64,000 nt of DNA from an uncultured Acidobacteriaceae bacterium (GCA_963820175.1 CAWFYX010000008.1:99318-163317), one strand, 5' to 3'; positions 29,855 to 39,619 are shown, counted from the stretch's first letter. The notes: generated from the letters alone by a model not told the origin. Numbers and translations: made by a program.

Positions 29855-32662
29855 ATGGGTTCGCGGGACACGTTACTGCGCCACGGCGATCAGCTTTCTC
29901 CTCGCATTCTTATTCCTCGCCGCGACCTGTATCGCGCAACAGGACGTGGTGGAAAGTATTCAGATCCATGGCAACCGCAGAATTCCGGCGGAAACCATCC
30001 GCGCCCGCATGTTTACCAAGCCGGGCGATGTGTATGACCAGGCAGGCCTGGAACGCGACTTCAACTCCCTGTGGAATACCGGCTACTTCGACGATCTGCG
30101 CATCGAGCGTGAACAATCACCCAAGGGCTGGATCATTCACGTTTACGTCAAGGAAAAGCCCACCATCCGCGAGATCAAGTATGTCGGCTTGAGTTCGGTT
30201 TCGCAGAGCGACGTGCTCGACAAGTTCAAGGAACAAAAGGTCGGACTTACCCAGGAGAGCCAGTACGATCCCACCAAGGTGAAGCACGCCGAAGTGGTGA
30301 TCAAGCAGTTGCTGGCCGCCCACGGCCGCCAGTTTGCCACCGTGCAATCGGAAGTGCGGCCCATTCCTCCCGCCGCCGTAGCCTTGACCTTCGTGGTGAA
30401 GGAAGGTCCCAAGGTCAAAGTAGGCAAGATCAAGTTCGAGGGCAACAAGGCCATCAAGAGTCGCGATTTGCAAAGCGCGATGAAGAACCTGAAGCCGATC
30501 GGCATTCCTCACTCGATCTTCCTGGAGAATCTGTTCTCGCGCACCTACGATTCCACCAAGCTCTCGGAAGACGCCGAGCGGGTACGTTACTTCTATCAGA
30601 CCAAGGGCTACTTTAAGGCGCTGGTGGGCGATCCCAAGACGCAGATCCACGACACCAGCGGCGTCAAATGGTATTTCCCCTTCAAGTCGTCTCCGGGCAA
30701 GGCGGTGGACATCACCATGCCGGTGGAAGAGGGCCAGCGCTATCGTCTGAAAGAGATCACCTTCACCGGCAACAAAGCGGTCAAGAATGCCCAGGCGCTG
30801 CGTAGCCTGTTCAAGATCAAGGACGGCGACGTGTTCGACACCGAGGCCATCCGTAAAGGTCTGGAAGCCTTGCGCAAGGCCTATGCCGCGTTGGGCTACA
30901 TCAACTTCACGCCGGTACCCAATACCGAGGCCGACGACGAGAAGCGAACCATCAGCCTGCGTATCGACTTGGACGAGGGCAAGCAGTTCTACGTCCGGCG
31001 TATTGAGTTTCAGGGGAACACCACCACCCGCGACAAAGTCATTCGCCGCGAGCTGGCGCTGGAAGAAGGCAACGTCTACAACGGCAACTTGTGGGAACTC
31101 AGCTTGCTGCGCTTGAATCAGCTGCAGTACTTCGACGTGCTCAAGCCGGAACAGGATTCCGAGATCAAGCAGAACGTGCAGGATGGCACGGTCGACATCA
31201 CCCTGAAGGTCAAGGAGAAGGGCAAGAACAGCATCGGCCTGACCGGCGGTGTCAGCGGCCTGGAAGGCGCCTTCATCGGCATCAACTATACGACCAACAA
31301 CCTGTTCGGCAAGGGCGAGAGCCTGACCCTGCAATTCCAGATCGGGCAGTACCAGCGCAATGAGACGCTGTCGTTTACCCAGCCTTATCTGTTCGATAAG
31401 CCGCTACAGTTTGGCTGGTCGGTTTACCACAACAGCTACAACTACAACCAGGCGGCTCTGACTTCGATCCAGCTCAATCAGCAAGTCAACCTGCCCGCCA
31501 GCTACCAGGCGCTGCTGCAGAATTTCACCCAGACCAGCACCGGATTCACTTCGTCGCTTGAGCTATCCCGATCAAGCGCTCGTTCAAGCGCGTGGGCATG
31601 ACCTATTCGTTCGACGATTCGTCCGTACAGACCTTCAGCGCGGCCTCAACCGATTACTTCGAGACTTTGGCTTTCCGCGGCATTTCCGGGCCCAACGCGC
31701 TGAACGGAATTATCACCAGCAAGGTCGTACCGAACTTTTCCTACAATCGAATCGACAATCCGCAGCGCCCGCATTCCGGCCAGAGCCTGTACTTCGCCAC
31801 CGAATTCGCCGGACTCGGTGGCAACGTGAAATACGTGAAGCCGGTGGCCGAATACAAACGATTCATGCCGGTCAACAAGGGCCGCAACACCCTTGGCTTC
31901 CGCGTACTGGGCTCGTGGATCACGGGATATGGCGGACAGGTGGCTCCTCCGTTCGATCGCTTCTACATGGGCGGCGACACCGACATCCGCGGTTTCGATG
32001 TCCGCGCTATCTCGCCGGTCGCCTTCTTCCCCACCGCGGTTAGCATTCCGCTGCAGAACCCTGACGGAAGCAACGTTCCGCTGAATCCGGCGAACCCGCG
32101 GCAGGGAGTTTACAGCATCACCATTCCGGTGGAGCAGATCATCTTCCCCGGCGGCGACACCAACATCGTCACCAATCTCGAGTACCGGGTGCCGATCATC
32201 GGACCGGTTACGATCGCTCCCTTCGTCGATACCGGATGGGACTTCATCTCCGAGCCGTCGCAACTGCGTATTGCCGGACCAGAGGTGACCTCGTTGCAGA
32301 CCACGGTCTTCGGTTGTCCCACAATCACCGCCAGCTTCACTTGCGCCGGCGGCACTTTGCTGCCGTTCAATCCGGTGCTCAATGCGGTTTCCGGCACCAA
32401 CTACCAGACGCGCATGTCTACCGGCCTCGAGTTGCAGGTCATCATGCCGGTGGTCAACGCTCCTTTCCGTGTCTATTGGGCCTACAACCCGCTGCGCATC
32501 AACGAAGTAGTAAGTTCGCCCAATCCCATCTCCCGATCCATGTTCCCGGTGGGCGCGGCGGGAGATTACACCTACGCCCAGGCCGTCTCCATCTACCAGC
32601 CTAAGTACTACCTGTCGGAGCCGCTCAAAACCTTCCGCTTCACCGTGGCCACGACGTTCTAG
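29855..32662 (+). pseudogene. bamA: Outer membrane protein assembly factor BamA, reading frame broken twice
   Basis: ATG 29855 (MGSRDTLLR..) is in frame 2. The signal peptide and POTRA domains (..AISFLLAFLFLAATCIAQQDVVESIQIHGNRRIP..) are in frame 3 up to about 31560. The beta-barrel part (IKRSFKRVGMTYSFDD...) is back in frame 2. Confidence 0.9.
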
Positions 32663-32668
32663 GAGAGC

Positions 32669-33211
32669 ATGCACGTGAGAGGCATTTTGGCAGCAGCGGC
32701 GCTCGGCTTTATCGTCAGTGCCGGGATGATGGCGCAGAATCCGCAAGCCGCGCCTGCCCCCACTCCGCAGCAGCAAATGATGGGATACTTTGGCGGCGAT
32801 TGGAAGCTGTCAGGCACGGCGAAGATCAGCCCCAGCGGGCCAGCCACGCCCTTCACCGCAACCGAACATGGCGAGTGGGTGCCGGGTAACTATTTCCTGG
32901 AAACTCACACCGTAATGCACGGGCCCATGGGCGATGTCCACAGCACCCGGGTGATGGAATACAACCCGCAGGATAAGGCTTACAGCTACAACGTCTACAA
33001 CAGCCTGGGCGAACACATTGTGGCGCTGGGTAACGTGCAGGGCGACACCTGGGTCTGGGACTCGGAAGAGAAGTTGAACGGCGTAGTGGTGAAAGGGCGT
33101 TACACTGTGACTCTCACTTCTCCCGCTGCCTACAACTTCAAGTCCGAGGTAGCCAAACCCGGCGGCGGATGGGCCACCGTCATGGAAGGCAAGGCCACGC
33201 GGGTGCAATAA
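32669..33211 (+). CDS. Secreted DUF1579-like protein
   Basis: Signal peptide, then the GGDWKLSGT... pattern. Family assignment is by recollection only. Confidence 0.6.
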   Translation: MHVRGILAAAALGFIVSAGMMAQNPQAAPAPTPQQQMMGYFGGDWKLSGTAKISPSGPATPFTATEHGEWVPGNYFLETHTVMHGPMGDVHSTRVMEYNPQDKAYSYNVYNSLGEHIVALGNVQGDTWVWDSEEKLNGVVVKGRYTVTLTSPAAYNFKSEVAKPGGGWATVMEGKATRVQ

Positions 33212-33356
33212 GGCCGCGAACAGGTTTTGGAAAAAGTAATACGGCGGCGACCAATCGGTAGTGGGTCAGCTTGAATAAGGATGCGTGCTTTTCGCGCGCA
33301 GGCGCGAATCAGCACGCCCAGATCCCTCGCTACGCAACCGAAGCTCGCTTGATCTC

Positions 33357-34738
33357 ATAACGAGGTTGGCCCCAAACCGGGTAGTCTGTTTTTTTGCGAA
33401 AGGCAGAGGACCCAGAAGGAGCCAACCATGTGGATTATAGGTTGTGATTTTCATTCTGGGTTTCAGCAGTTAGCGATCTTTGACAGTCAGAGCGGAGAGA
33501 TCGAGGAGAAGAAGCTGCTCCATCCCGGCGAGGCCATAGAGTTTTATCGTGGCCTGCAGGGAGAAGTGCTGGTGGGGATGGAGTCGGGCTGTCCCTGTCA
33601 GTGGTTCCGGCGGTTGTTAGAGGAGTGCGGCCACCAGCTGTGGATGGGCGATGCGGGGCGCATTCGAGCGGCCGAAACCCGGCAGCAGAAGACGGACCGG
33701 CGGGATGCGGAGCTGATCCTGAGGCTGCTGCTGGAGGGGCGGTTTCCGCGCATTTGGGTGCCGACGGAGGCGGAGCGCGACTTGCGGCAGTTGCTGCTGG
33801 ACCGGCATCATCGCATGCGGCTGCGGACCAAGGTGAAGAACCAGCTGCAGGCGCTGGCGCTGAACCAGGGAGTGCAGAAGGGGCGGCGGCTGTGGTCGCT
33901 GGAAGGCAGGCAGCAGCTGCAGGCATTGCCCATGCTGGAGCACGCGGGACGGCGGCGCGATCAGTTGCTGAAGTCGTTAACTGAGCTGGACGCGCAGATT
34001 CTGGCCCTGGACGTGGTGGTGCGGCGGGAAGCCGAGGGGCGGGCAGAGGCGCGGCGGCTGATGACTCATCCTGGCGTGGGACCGCAGACGGCGCTGGGCA
34101 TGGTGCTGACCGTGGGCGAGGTGAATCGCTTCGCCACGAGCAAGCAGGTGGCCAGCTATCTGGGGCTGACCCCACGCGAGCACAGCTCGGGCGGCAAGCA
34201 GCGGCTGGGACACATCAGCAAACAGGGATCCAGCTTTATGCGCTTCCTGCTGGTGGAAGCGGGCCAGACGGCGGTGCGCGGCGATGAGGAGTTACAGCGA
34301 GCCTATCGCCGGCTGGCCGCTAAAAAAAGCCGGGGCGTGGCCAAGGTGATGGTGGCGCGGCGGCTGGCCGTCAGGTTGTACTGGATGCTCCGTAAGGGAT
34401 GGACGTACACGGAGCTGGCACGTCATGCGGGTAAGCCCGGGTCATTCCGTGGGGAGCAGTAGGGCCCCGTGCGTTTGTTTGGGCAGCCCGCCTCCCCGGT
34501 AGCGGGGAGTTCGCAGTGGAGAATCATGGTCGCAGTCGGTGACCGAATAGATGGATGGTGGGGCCAGCGCGCCGCCACCTAACGATTCCAAAGCAGACGG
34601 GTCCTCGATGCCGATTTCGCAAACAGCAAAGGCCACCCCAACGTCAAAGGCAAAGGCGCTGGGGAATAAGGAAAGTCAAAAACCAGGCGCCTACCGCGTC
34701 ACCGCCGCAGTGTGCCTTGACAACCCCAACCTCGTTAT
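33357..34738 (+). mobile_element. IS110-family insertion sequence, IS1111-like subgroup
   Basis: 13-bp inverted repeats ATAACGAGGTTGG (33357-33369) and CCAACCTCGTTAT (34726-34738) bracket the transposase gene. The left non-coding end is short (70 bp) and the right one long (276 bp). Confidence 0.8.
33428..34462 (+). CDS. IS110-family (DEDD) transposase/recombinase
   Basis: MWIIGCDFHSGFQQLAIFD... N-terminal DEDD domain and a C-terminal Transposase_20-like region (LMTHPGVGPQTAL...LGLTPREHSSGGKQRLGHISKQG). Confidence 0.9.
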   Translation: MWIIGCDFHSGFQQLAIFDSQSGEIEEKKLLHPGEAIEFYRGLQGEVLVGMESGCPCQWFRRLLEECGHQLWMGDAGRIRAAETRQQKTDRRDAELILRLLLEGRFPRIWVPTEAERDLRQLLLDRHHRMRLRTKVKNQLQALALNQGVQKGRRLWSLEGRQQLQALPMLEHAGRRRDQLLKSLTELDAQILALDVVVRREAEGRAEARRLMTHPGVGPQTALGMVLTVGEVNRFATSKQVASYLGLTPREHSSGGKQRLGHISKQGSSFMRFLLVEAGQTAVRGDEELQRAYRRLAAKKSRGVAKVMVARRLAVRLYWMLRKGWTYTELARHAGKPGSFRGEQ

Positions 34739-34787
34739 AGACGGGATGACAAACTAAACTGACCCTCTCCCGGCCAAATCTTCTTGT

Positions 34788-34817
34788 TTGACGCTGGTAA
34801 GCGCACTTCCCTATAAT
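34788..34817 (+). promoter_or_regulatory. Near-consensus sigma70-type promoter upstream of skp
   Basis: TTGACG (34788-34793), 18-nt spacer, TATAAT (34812-34817); about 165 nt upstream of the skp ATG and just downstream of the IS110-family element. Confidence 0.45.
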
Positions 34818-34981
34818 TGCCATATCCGCACCGCCGAATTTTCCGGCCGGGTGGCGTGGTCATCCGCGTTCCATGCGAACGACCGTTTCCCGGCAGTCCA
34901 GATCAAGACGCAGCGGGACCGCGTACATCCCTGGAACACCTGAGGAATTCCCGGAGCAGTTCAAGGAGCTACACCAACTCA

Positions 34982-35698
34982 ATGAAGCGCAAGTTCGTAG
35001 GCACAGCCGTGCTCGCTCTTGTCCTGGCAATGACGGCCATGGCCCAAACTGGTTCGGCCGCTCACTCCGCCGCCGCAACCCCCACGCCCTCAACTTCTAC
35101 GGCTGCCGCCGCAACCAGTACCGGCTCCGGTGCCGTCAAGGTCGGTATCATTGACATTCAGCAGGCCATCATTGGCACCAACGAAGGTGCCCGTGATTTC
35201 GATGCCTTGCAGAAGAAGTTTGAGCCTCGCCGCAGCGAGTTGTCGAACCTGAACACCGAAATCGAGAACCTGAAGAAGCAGCTCAGCACTCAGGGCGACA
35301 AAATGAACGAGCAGGCGCACGCCGACCTGGTGAAGAGCATCGAGACCAAGCAGAAGAGCTTGCAGCGCTCGGCGGAAGACGCCCAGAACGATTACCAGCA
35401 GCAGTCCAACGAGATTGCCCAGCGCATCCTGCAGAAGATGGCGCCGGTAATCGACAAGTATGCCAAATCCAATGGCTATGGACTGCTGTTCGACTCGTCG
35501 AATCCCTGGCCGCAGGGTCCACTGCTCTGGGCGACCGCGACCGTCGATCTCACCAAAATCGTGGTGGACGCCTATAACGCCCAGTCCAACGTTCCGGCCC
35601 CGCCCGCGAAGCCCGCAGGCACGCCCGGCGCCGCAATGAATAAGCCGACGACAACAACGCCGGCTGCGGCCGCGAAACCAGCCCCGGCGACACACTGA
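34982..35698 (+). CDS. skp: OmpH/Skp-family periplasmic chaperone
   Basis: Signal peptide MKRKFVGTAVLALVLAMTAMAQ, a coiled-coil OmpH core, and a position downstream of bamA. Confidence 0.85.
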   Translation: MKRKFVGTAVLALVLAMTAMAQTGSAAHSAAATPTPSTSTAAAATSTGSGAVKVGIIDIQQAIIGTNEGARDFDALQKKFEPRRSELSNLNTEIENLKKQLSTQGDKMNEQAHADLVKSIETKQKSLQRSAEDAQNDYQQQSNEIAQRILQKMAPVIDKYAKSNGYGLLFDSSNPWPQGPLLWATATVDLTKIVVDAYNAQSNVPAPPAKPAGTPGAAMNKPTTTTPAAAAKPAPATH

Positions 35699-35737
35699 GC
35701 TCTGCTCTTGAAGTATCCACGACAGGCCGCCCGTGAG

Positions 35738-37253
35738 AGGCTGTTACGAAACTGTAACTAGTAATCCACAAGAAGTGATGGGAAGATGCCCTTGCGAAAG
35801 TGAGGGCATTTTCTTTGGCGTACATCGAGGGTGAGGCGCGCGGGCAGCACACGTTGTTTCCTTCCACATTGGACGATCTGATCCCCCATGATCATGTGTG
35901 TCGAGTGATCGAGGCGTTCGTGGACAAGCTGTCGATGGAGAAACTAGGGTTTGTGCGGGCGGAGCCGGCGGAAACGGGACGTCCGGGATACGATCCGCGC
36001 GATCTGCTGAAGCTGTATTTATACGGGTACCTGCATCAGGTGCGCTCGTCGCGGCGTTTGGAGGCCGAGTGCCGGCGGAATGTGGAGGTGATGTGGCTGC
36101 TGGGGCGGCTGGTTCCGGATTACAAGTCGATCGCCGAGTTCCGGCGCATGCATCGAGAGGCGGTGAGCCGAGCGGGATCGGAGTTAGTGGGGTGGGCGCG
36201 GCAGGTGGGGCTGGTGAAGGGCGAATGGGTAGCGATTGACGGCTCAAAGTTCCGCGCTGTAGCCAGCGTTGCCACGGTACGCGAACGGGAAGCGGTGAAG
36301 CGCTATCTGGATCAACTGGAGAGCGCCGACGAGCACGAGGAAGTGGTCATCGACCCGAGTGCCGTGGCAGCGGCGCTGGAGAAGCTGAAGAACGATGCGG
36401 AGCCGGAAGCGCGTTTCATGCGCATGGCGCACGATGAGTTTGCCCCGGCTTACAACGTGCAGACGGCCGTCGATGCCGAGCACGGGATCATCGTGGCGCA
36501 GCAGGTGACGGCGCAGGCTGGCGACAACCGGTGCCTGCAGCCAATGGCCGAGGCCGCCAAAGCCGCTCTGGAAAATCCAGAAAGACTGAACGTTGTGGCC
36601 GATGCGGGCTACTCGAATGGTGAGCAGGCCGAACCCTGCGAGCAACAGGGCATCCTGCCACACGCTCCCGCCAATCGCTCGATCAACAATCAAGGCGATG
36701 GCAGTCTGTTCGACCGCAGTCTGTTTGTTTATGACGAGAAGACCGACAGCTTCCGCTGCCCGGCGGGCCAGCCGTTGCTGCGAAAACAGCTATCGAGAAA
36801 AGATCGTTGCGTGATGTACGCTGCTGCCGCGCGTGTCTGCGGATCGTGCCCGCTGAAACCGCGCTGCACAACTCGCTCGCGACGCCTGATCACCCGCCAT
36901 CTGCACGAAGGCGCACTCGACAGAATGAATGCGCGAGCCACGGCCGCGATCATGCGCCTGCGCCGATGCACGGTGGAACGGCCCTTCGCCGTGCTCAAAC
37001 ACGTCATCTTCGGCAACGCTCGCTTCCTGCTGCGCGGCCTAACCGGAGCACAAACCGAGATCAGCCTGGCGACCATGGCCTACAACCTGAAGACAATGCT
37101 GAACGTGCTCGGCGCGGCCGCCTTGGCTCGGGCATAACCGCTCCATCGTCAGCAGCAGCAGCAGCAACCTCTTGCTCTGAAAACAAAAACGGCGCTCCAG
37201 ACATCGGAGCACCGTCTTTATGCCGTTCAGAGAGGCTCGTTTCGTAACAGCCT
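35738..37253 (+). mobile_element. IS1182-like (IS5 superfamily) insertion sequence
   Basis: Perfect 15-bp terminal inverted repeats AGGCTGTTACGAAAC (35738-35752) and GTTTCGTAACAGCCT (37239-37253), flanked by direct repeats CCGTGAG (35731-35737 and 37254-37260). Confidence 0.8.
35800..37137 (+). CDS. IS1182-family transposase
   Basis: GQHTLFPSTLDDLIPHDHVCRVIEAFVD...GRPGYDPRDLLKLYLYGYLHQVRSSRRLEAEC...MWLLG N-terminal signature and a DDE C-terminal region. Confidence 0.9.
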   Translation: MRAFSLAYIEGEARGQHTLFPSTLDDLIPHDHVCRVIEAFVDKLSMEKLGFVRAEPAETGRPGYDPRDLLKLYLYGYLHQVRSSRRLEAECRRNVEVMWLLGRLVPDYKSIAEFRRMHREAVSRAGSELVGWARQVGLVKGEWVAIDGSKFRAVASVATVREREAVKRYLDQLESADEHEEVVIDPSAVAAALEKLKNDAEPEARFMRMAHDEFAPAYNVQTAVDAEHGIIVAQQVTAQAGDNRCLQPMAEAAKAALENPERLNVVADAGYSNGEQAEPCEQQGILPHAPANRSINNQGDGSLFDRSLFVYDEKTDSFRCPAGQPLLRKQLSRKDRCVMYAAAARVCGSCPLKPRCTTRSRRLITRHLHEGALDRMNARATAAIMRLRRCTVERPFAVLKHVIFGNARFLLRGLTGAQTEISLATMAYNLKTMLNVLGAAALARA

Positions 37254-37692
37254 CCGTGAGGGCGGCTTTTTGTTGCTCGCAGGTCAAACCGGCGCATTCG
37301 GAATGTCGCTCATCCGCTCCGATCTGCCAGTCCCACATTGTGGGACTCTGGCATGTTCAGGAAGCGAATCGCATTTTTCCACATCTTGTGGCACGAATTA
37401 GCCATCCAAGGCCAAAACGTTGACCACGAAATTCCTCAAATCTGTGGAAAACTCTGTGGAAGATCGGCCCGCCTCGCCGGCAGAACCCACTTTTTCAGCG
37501 ACTTACCCTATCTGCCCAGTCGATGTTGCACATTTCAAGGGTAATTAAATCAGAGATTTAGAGGGTACTTCGAGATTCGGCAGCCGGTTTCCGACGGACT
37601 TTTGGCCAGCAATTCAGGTGAGAGGTTTTGCACAATTTGGGCCATTGTTGACCCTACTACTTAAGTGCTCCAGATTTCTTCCCTGACCACCA

Positions 37693-39243
37693 TCAAATTC
37701 CCGATCCGCCTTCGAATATCTTCTGCATCTGGTAGGGATAAACCCGGTAGAGCGCGTAGTCGATGCCGGTGTCGGAGTACAGCCGGAAAAGCAGGTCTCC
37801 GCGCCCGTTGGCATCGGCATCTACGGCATCGATAATCTCCATTCGCGAGAATGCGTCGAGGTGATTGCTGTCCGTCACCGAGCTGAAGATCTTGATGGGG
37901 GTGCCGTTGACATCTTCGCGCGCCACTACCGTTACGTAGTAGTTGAACCCGTCACCGCGTAGCGCCTTGGCGCCATCCACTGGCAACTTCGCGGTGAATA
38001 CCAGCGTAGGCGAGTTGCTGTAATCGAGGTCGAAACAGCGCAGATCGTAGTCAGTGATAGTCGCGCTTTTCGGCAAGGCCGGGGTCTTGCGCTGACCAAT
38101 AAACTTCCGGATCTCGTCCATCGCGATGGCGCCCATCTGTTGCGACTTGTCCACCCTCTCCGAGGTGCCCATCGCGTACAGCAGGGACCGCATCTGGTAA
38201 CTGCCGGCATCGGAAACCGCCGGATAAGAGCGATGTCCCAATGTCGCCAGAGTGCTGGTGACCTTAGCTCGCGCCTGCTCGGTCGCCGTGGGCGGTTTCG
38301 TGCCAGCGGCGGAGGCAGGTTGAGACTGAGCGGCCTCGGCGGCGGACTTGCCTCGGCGCAGTGTCGGCCGGCTGGGATCGTTTTCGTTGGTGTCTGAGGT
38401 TGGTGGCGCCGCGTTCGCAGCCGCTGCCGGATTCGCCGACTTCCCGGCATTGTCTGACAGCGTCGGAGTTGACGATGCCGTGGAGCTTGCCGGCGAAGTG
38501 CTTTGCGCCGGGGAATTGTTCTTCAGCGTGGGCCGGTCAGGATCGTCATTCGAGGGCGGTGGGGCGTTGCCGGCGGAAGAACTGCCGCTTCCAGAAGAAG
38601 CCGGACTGGCGGGCGAAGTTCCCGAACCGGAGGAGCCGCTCGATCCGGCACGGTGTAATACCGGCCGGTCGTCGTCGGGATTGGACGGGGCTTTCTTTTT
38701 CGGCTGCTGCGCCGCTTGCTGCGCCAGCTTTTCGTCCATGGCCAGGTGCGGAGTCCAGTGGCCGTCGGCAACCCAGTTTCCGTTGACCTCTTTAGGAGTG
38801 GTGACCGTGAACAATCCCGTCGGCTCGCCGTAGTCCGTGGCCTGGTAAACGGTTTGCGGTTCAACCGCCAGGGGTTCGGGATTGGCGGCATAGAGGCTGG
38901 CATCGTAGAAGCGATCGTCGATCCAGATCGCAATCGGCACCAGCCGGGTTCCGCCTCCCGGCAGAAACTCAACCACGCCGATGGCGCGCGCCCCGCGCTT
39001 GGCATTCTTGGCGGGACCGTGGCTTTGATCGGCCGGCGGCTGTTGGTGACCGTGGGTGTGGTCCTGAAGCACTTGCGCGACGCTGCTCAGACTGAACAGT
39101 GCGACAGCCAGCAAAGTGGCGATGGCCCGGCGGCCAGATTTGCGGTATAGATAATGCGATATGGAAATCAACTCGAAAGCTCCCAGCTTCACTCTGCCCG
39201 ACGAAAACGGTAACCCGGTTTCGCTCGACCAGTTTCGCGGCAA
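37693..39243 (-). CDS. Secreted hypothetical protein with long Ser/Pro/Ala-rich low-complexity region
   Basis: Signal-like RRAIATLLAVALFSLSSVAQ. The start is uncertain: the only ATG (39243) would overlap the divergent bcp gene by 83 nt, and a TTG at 39114 is the alternative. Confidence 0.65.
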   Translation of the reverse strand: MPRNWSSETGLPFSSGRVKLGAFELISISHYLYRKSGRRAIATLLAVALFSLSSVAQVLQDHTHGHQQPPADQSHGPAKNAKRGARAIGVVEFLPGGGTRLVPIAIWIDDRFYDASLYAANPEPLAVEPQTVYQATDYGEPTGLFTVTTPKEVNGNWVADGHWTPHLAMDEKLAQQAAQQPKKKAPSNPDDDRPVLHRAGSSGSSGSGTSPASPASSGSGSSSAGNAPPPSNDDPDRPTLKNNSPAQSTSPASSTASSTPTLSDNAGKSANPAAAANAAPPTSDTNENDPSRPTLRRGKSAAEAAQSQPASAAGTKPPTATEQARAKVTSTLATLGHRSYPAVSDAGSYQMRSLLYAMGTSERVDKSQQMGAIAMDEIRKFIGQRKTPALPKSATITDYDLRCFDLDYSNSPTLVFTAKLPVDGAKALRGDGFNYYVTVVAREDVNGTPIKIFSSVTDSNHLDAFSRMEIIDAVDADANGRGDLLFRLYSDTGIDYALYRVYPYQMQKIFEGGSGI

Positions 39244-39619
39244 GAACGTGGTTCTGTTCTTCTACCCCAAAGCCAACACGCCCGGCTGAACCATCGAAGC
39301 GTGCGGGTTCCGCGACGCATACAGCAAGCTGCAAAAGGCCGGACTGGTCGTTCTGGGCATCTCCCCCGACACCCCGAAGGCGCAATTAAAGTTTAAAGAA
39401 AAGCATGACCTGCCGTATACCTTGCTGGCCGACGACAAAAAAGAGGTCGCCAGGAAGTTTGACGTGCTGAAAGAGAAAAACATGTACGGCAAGAAGGTCA
39501 TGGGGATCGTCCGCACCACATTTTTGATCGGCCCGGACAGCAAGATCGTCCACATTTTCAGCCCCGTCAAGCCCGAAGGCCACGCCGAGGAGGTGCTGGA
39601 ACTGGTGAAGAAGAGTTAG
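39161..39619 (+). CDS. bcp: Bcp/PrxQ-type peroxiredoxin with in-frame TGA (39287-39289) at the peroxidatic Cys position; candidate selenoprotein
   Basis: A single frame gives MEINSKAPSFTLPDENGNPVSLDQFRGKNVVLFFYPKANTPG-TGA-TIEACGFRDAY...LIGPDSKIVHIF...; the TPG(C/U)TxxxC motif is otherwise intact. Confidence 0.6.
39299..39318 (+). promoter_or_regulatory. SECIS-like stem-loop downstream of the bcp TGA
   Basis: GCGT-GCGG-GTT-CCGC-G-ACGC: an 8-bp stem with one bulged G and a GUU loop. It starts 9 nt after the TGA, and the loop G is about 18 nt from the UGA. Confidence 0.45.

Noticed and set aside
30117-32776. 405-aa and 376-aa minus-strand ORFs across bamA
   Set aside because: They are antisense to BamA POTRA and barrel coding sequence. 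They are GC-rich shadow frames.
33357-37253. skp flanked by two IS elements, considered as a composite transposon
   Set aside because: The two elements belong to different families (IS110/IS1111-like and IS1182-like) with unrelated ends. Each has its own terminal features, so these are independent insertions.
37320-37470. Cluster of DnaA-box-like 9-mers (TTTTCCACA 37375-37383, TGTGGAAAA 37443-37451, TGTGGAAGA 37455-37463) in an A/T-richer 440-bp non-coding stretch, considered as a possible oriC or DnaA-regulated site
   Set aside because: Only two boxes are within one mismatch of TTATCCACA. There is no dnaA, dnaN or other origin-linked gene nearby, and I cannot compute GC skew. The evidence is too weak to call, though a genome-wide skew plot would settle it.
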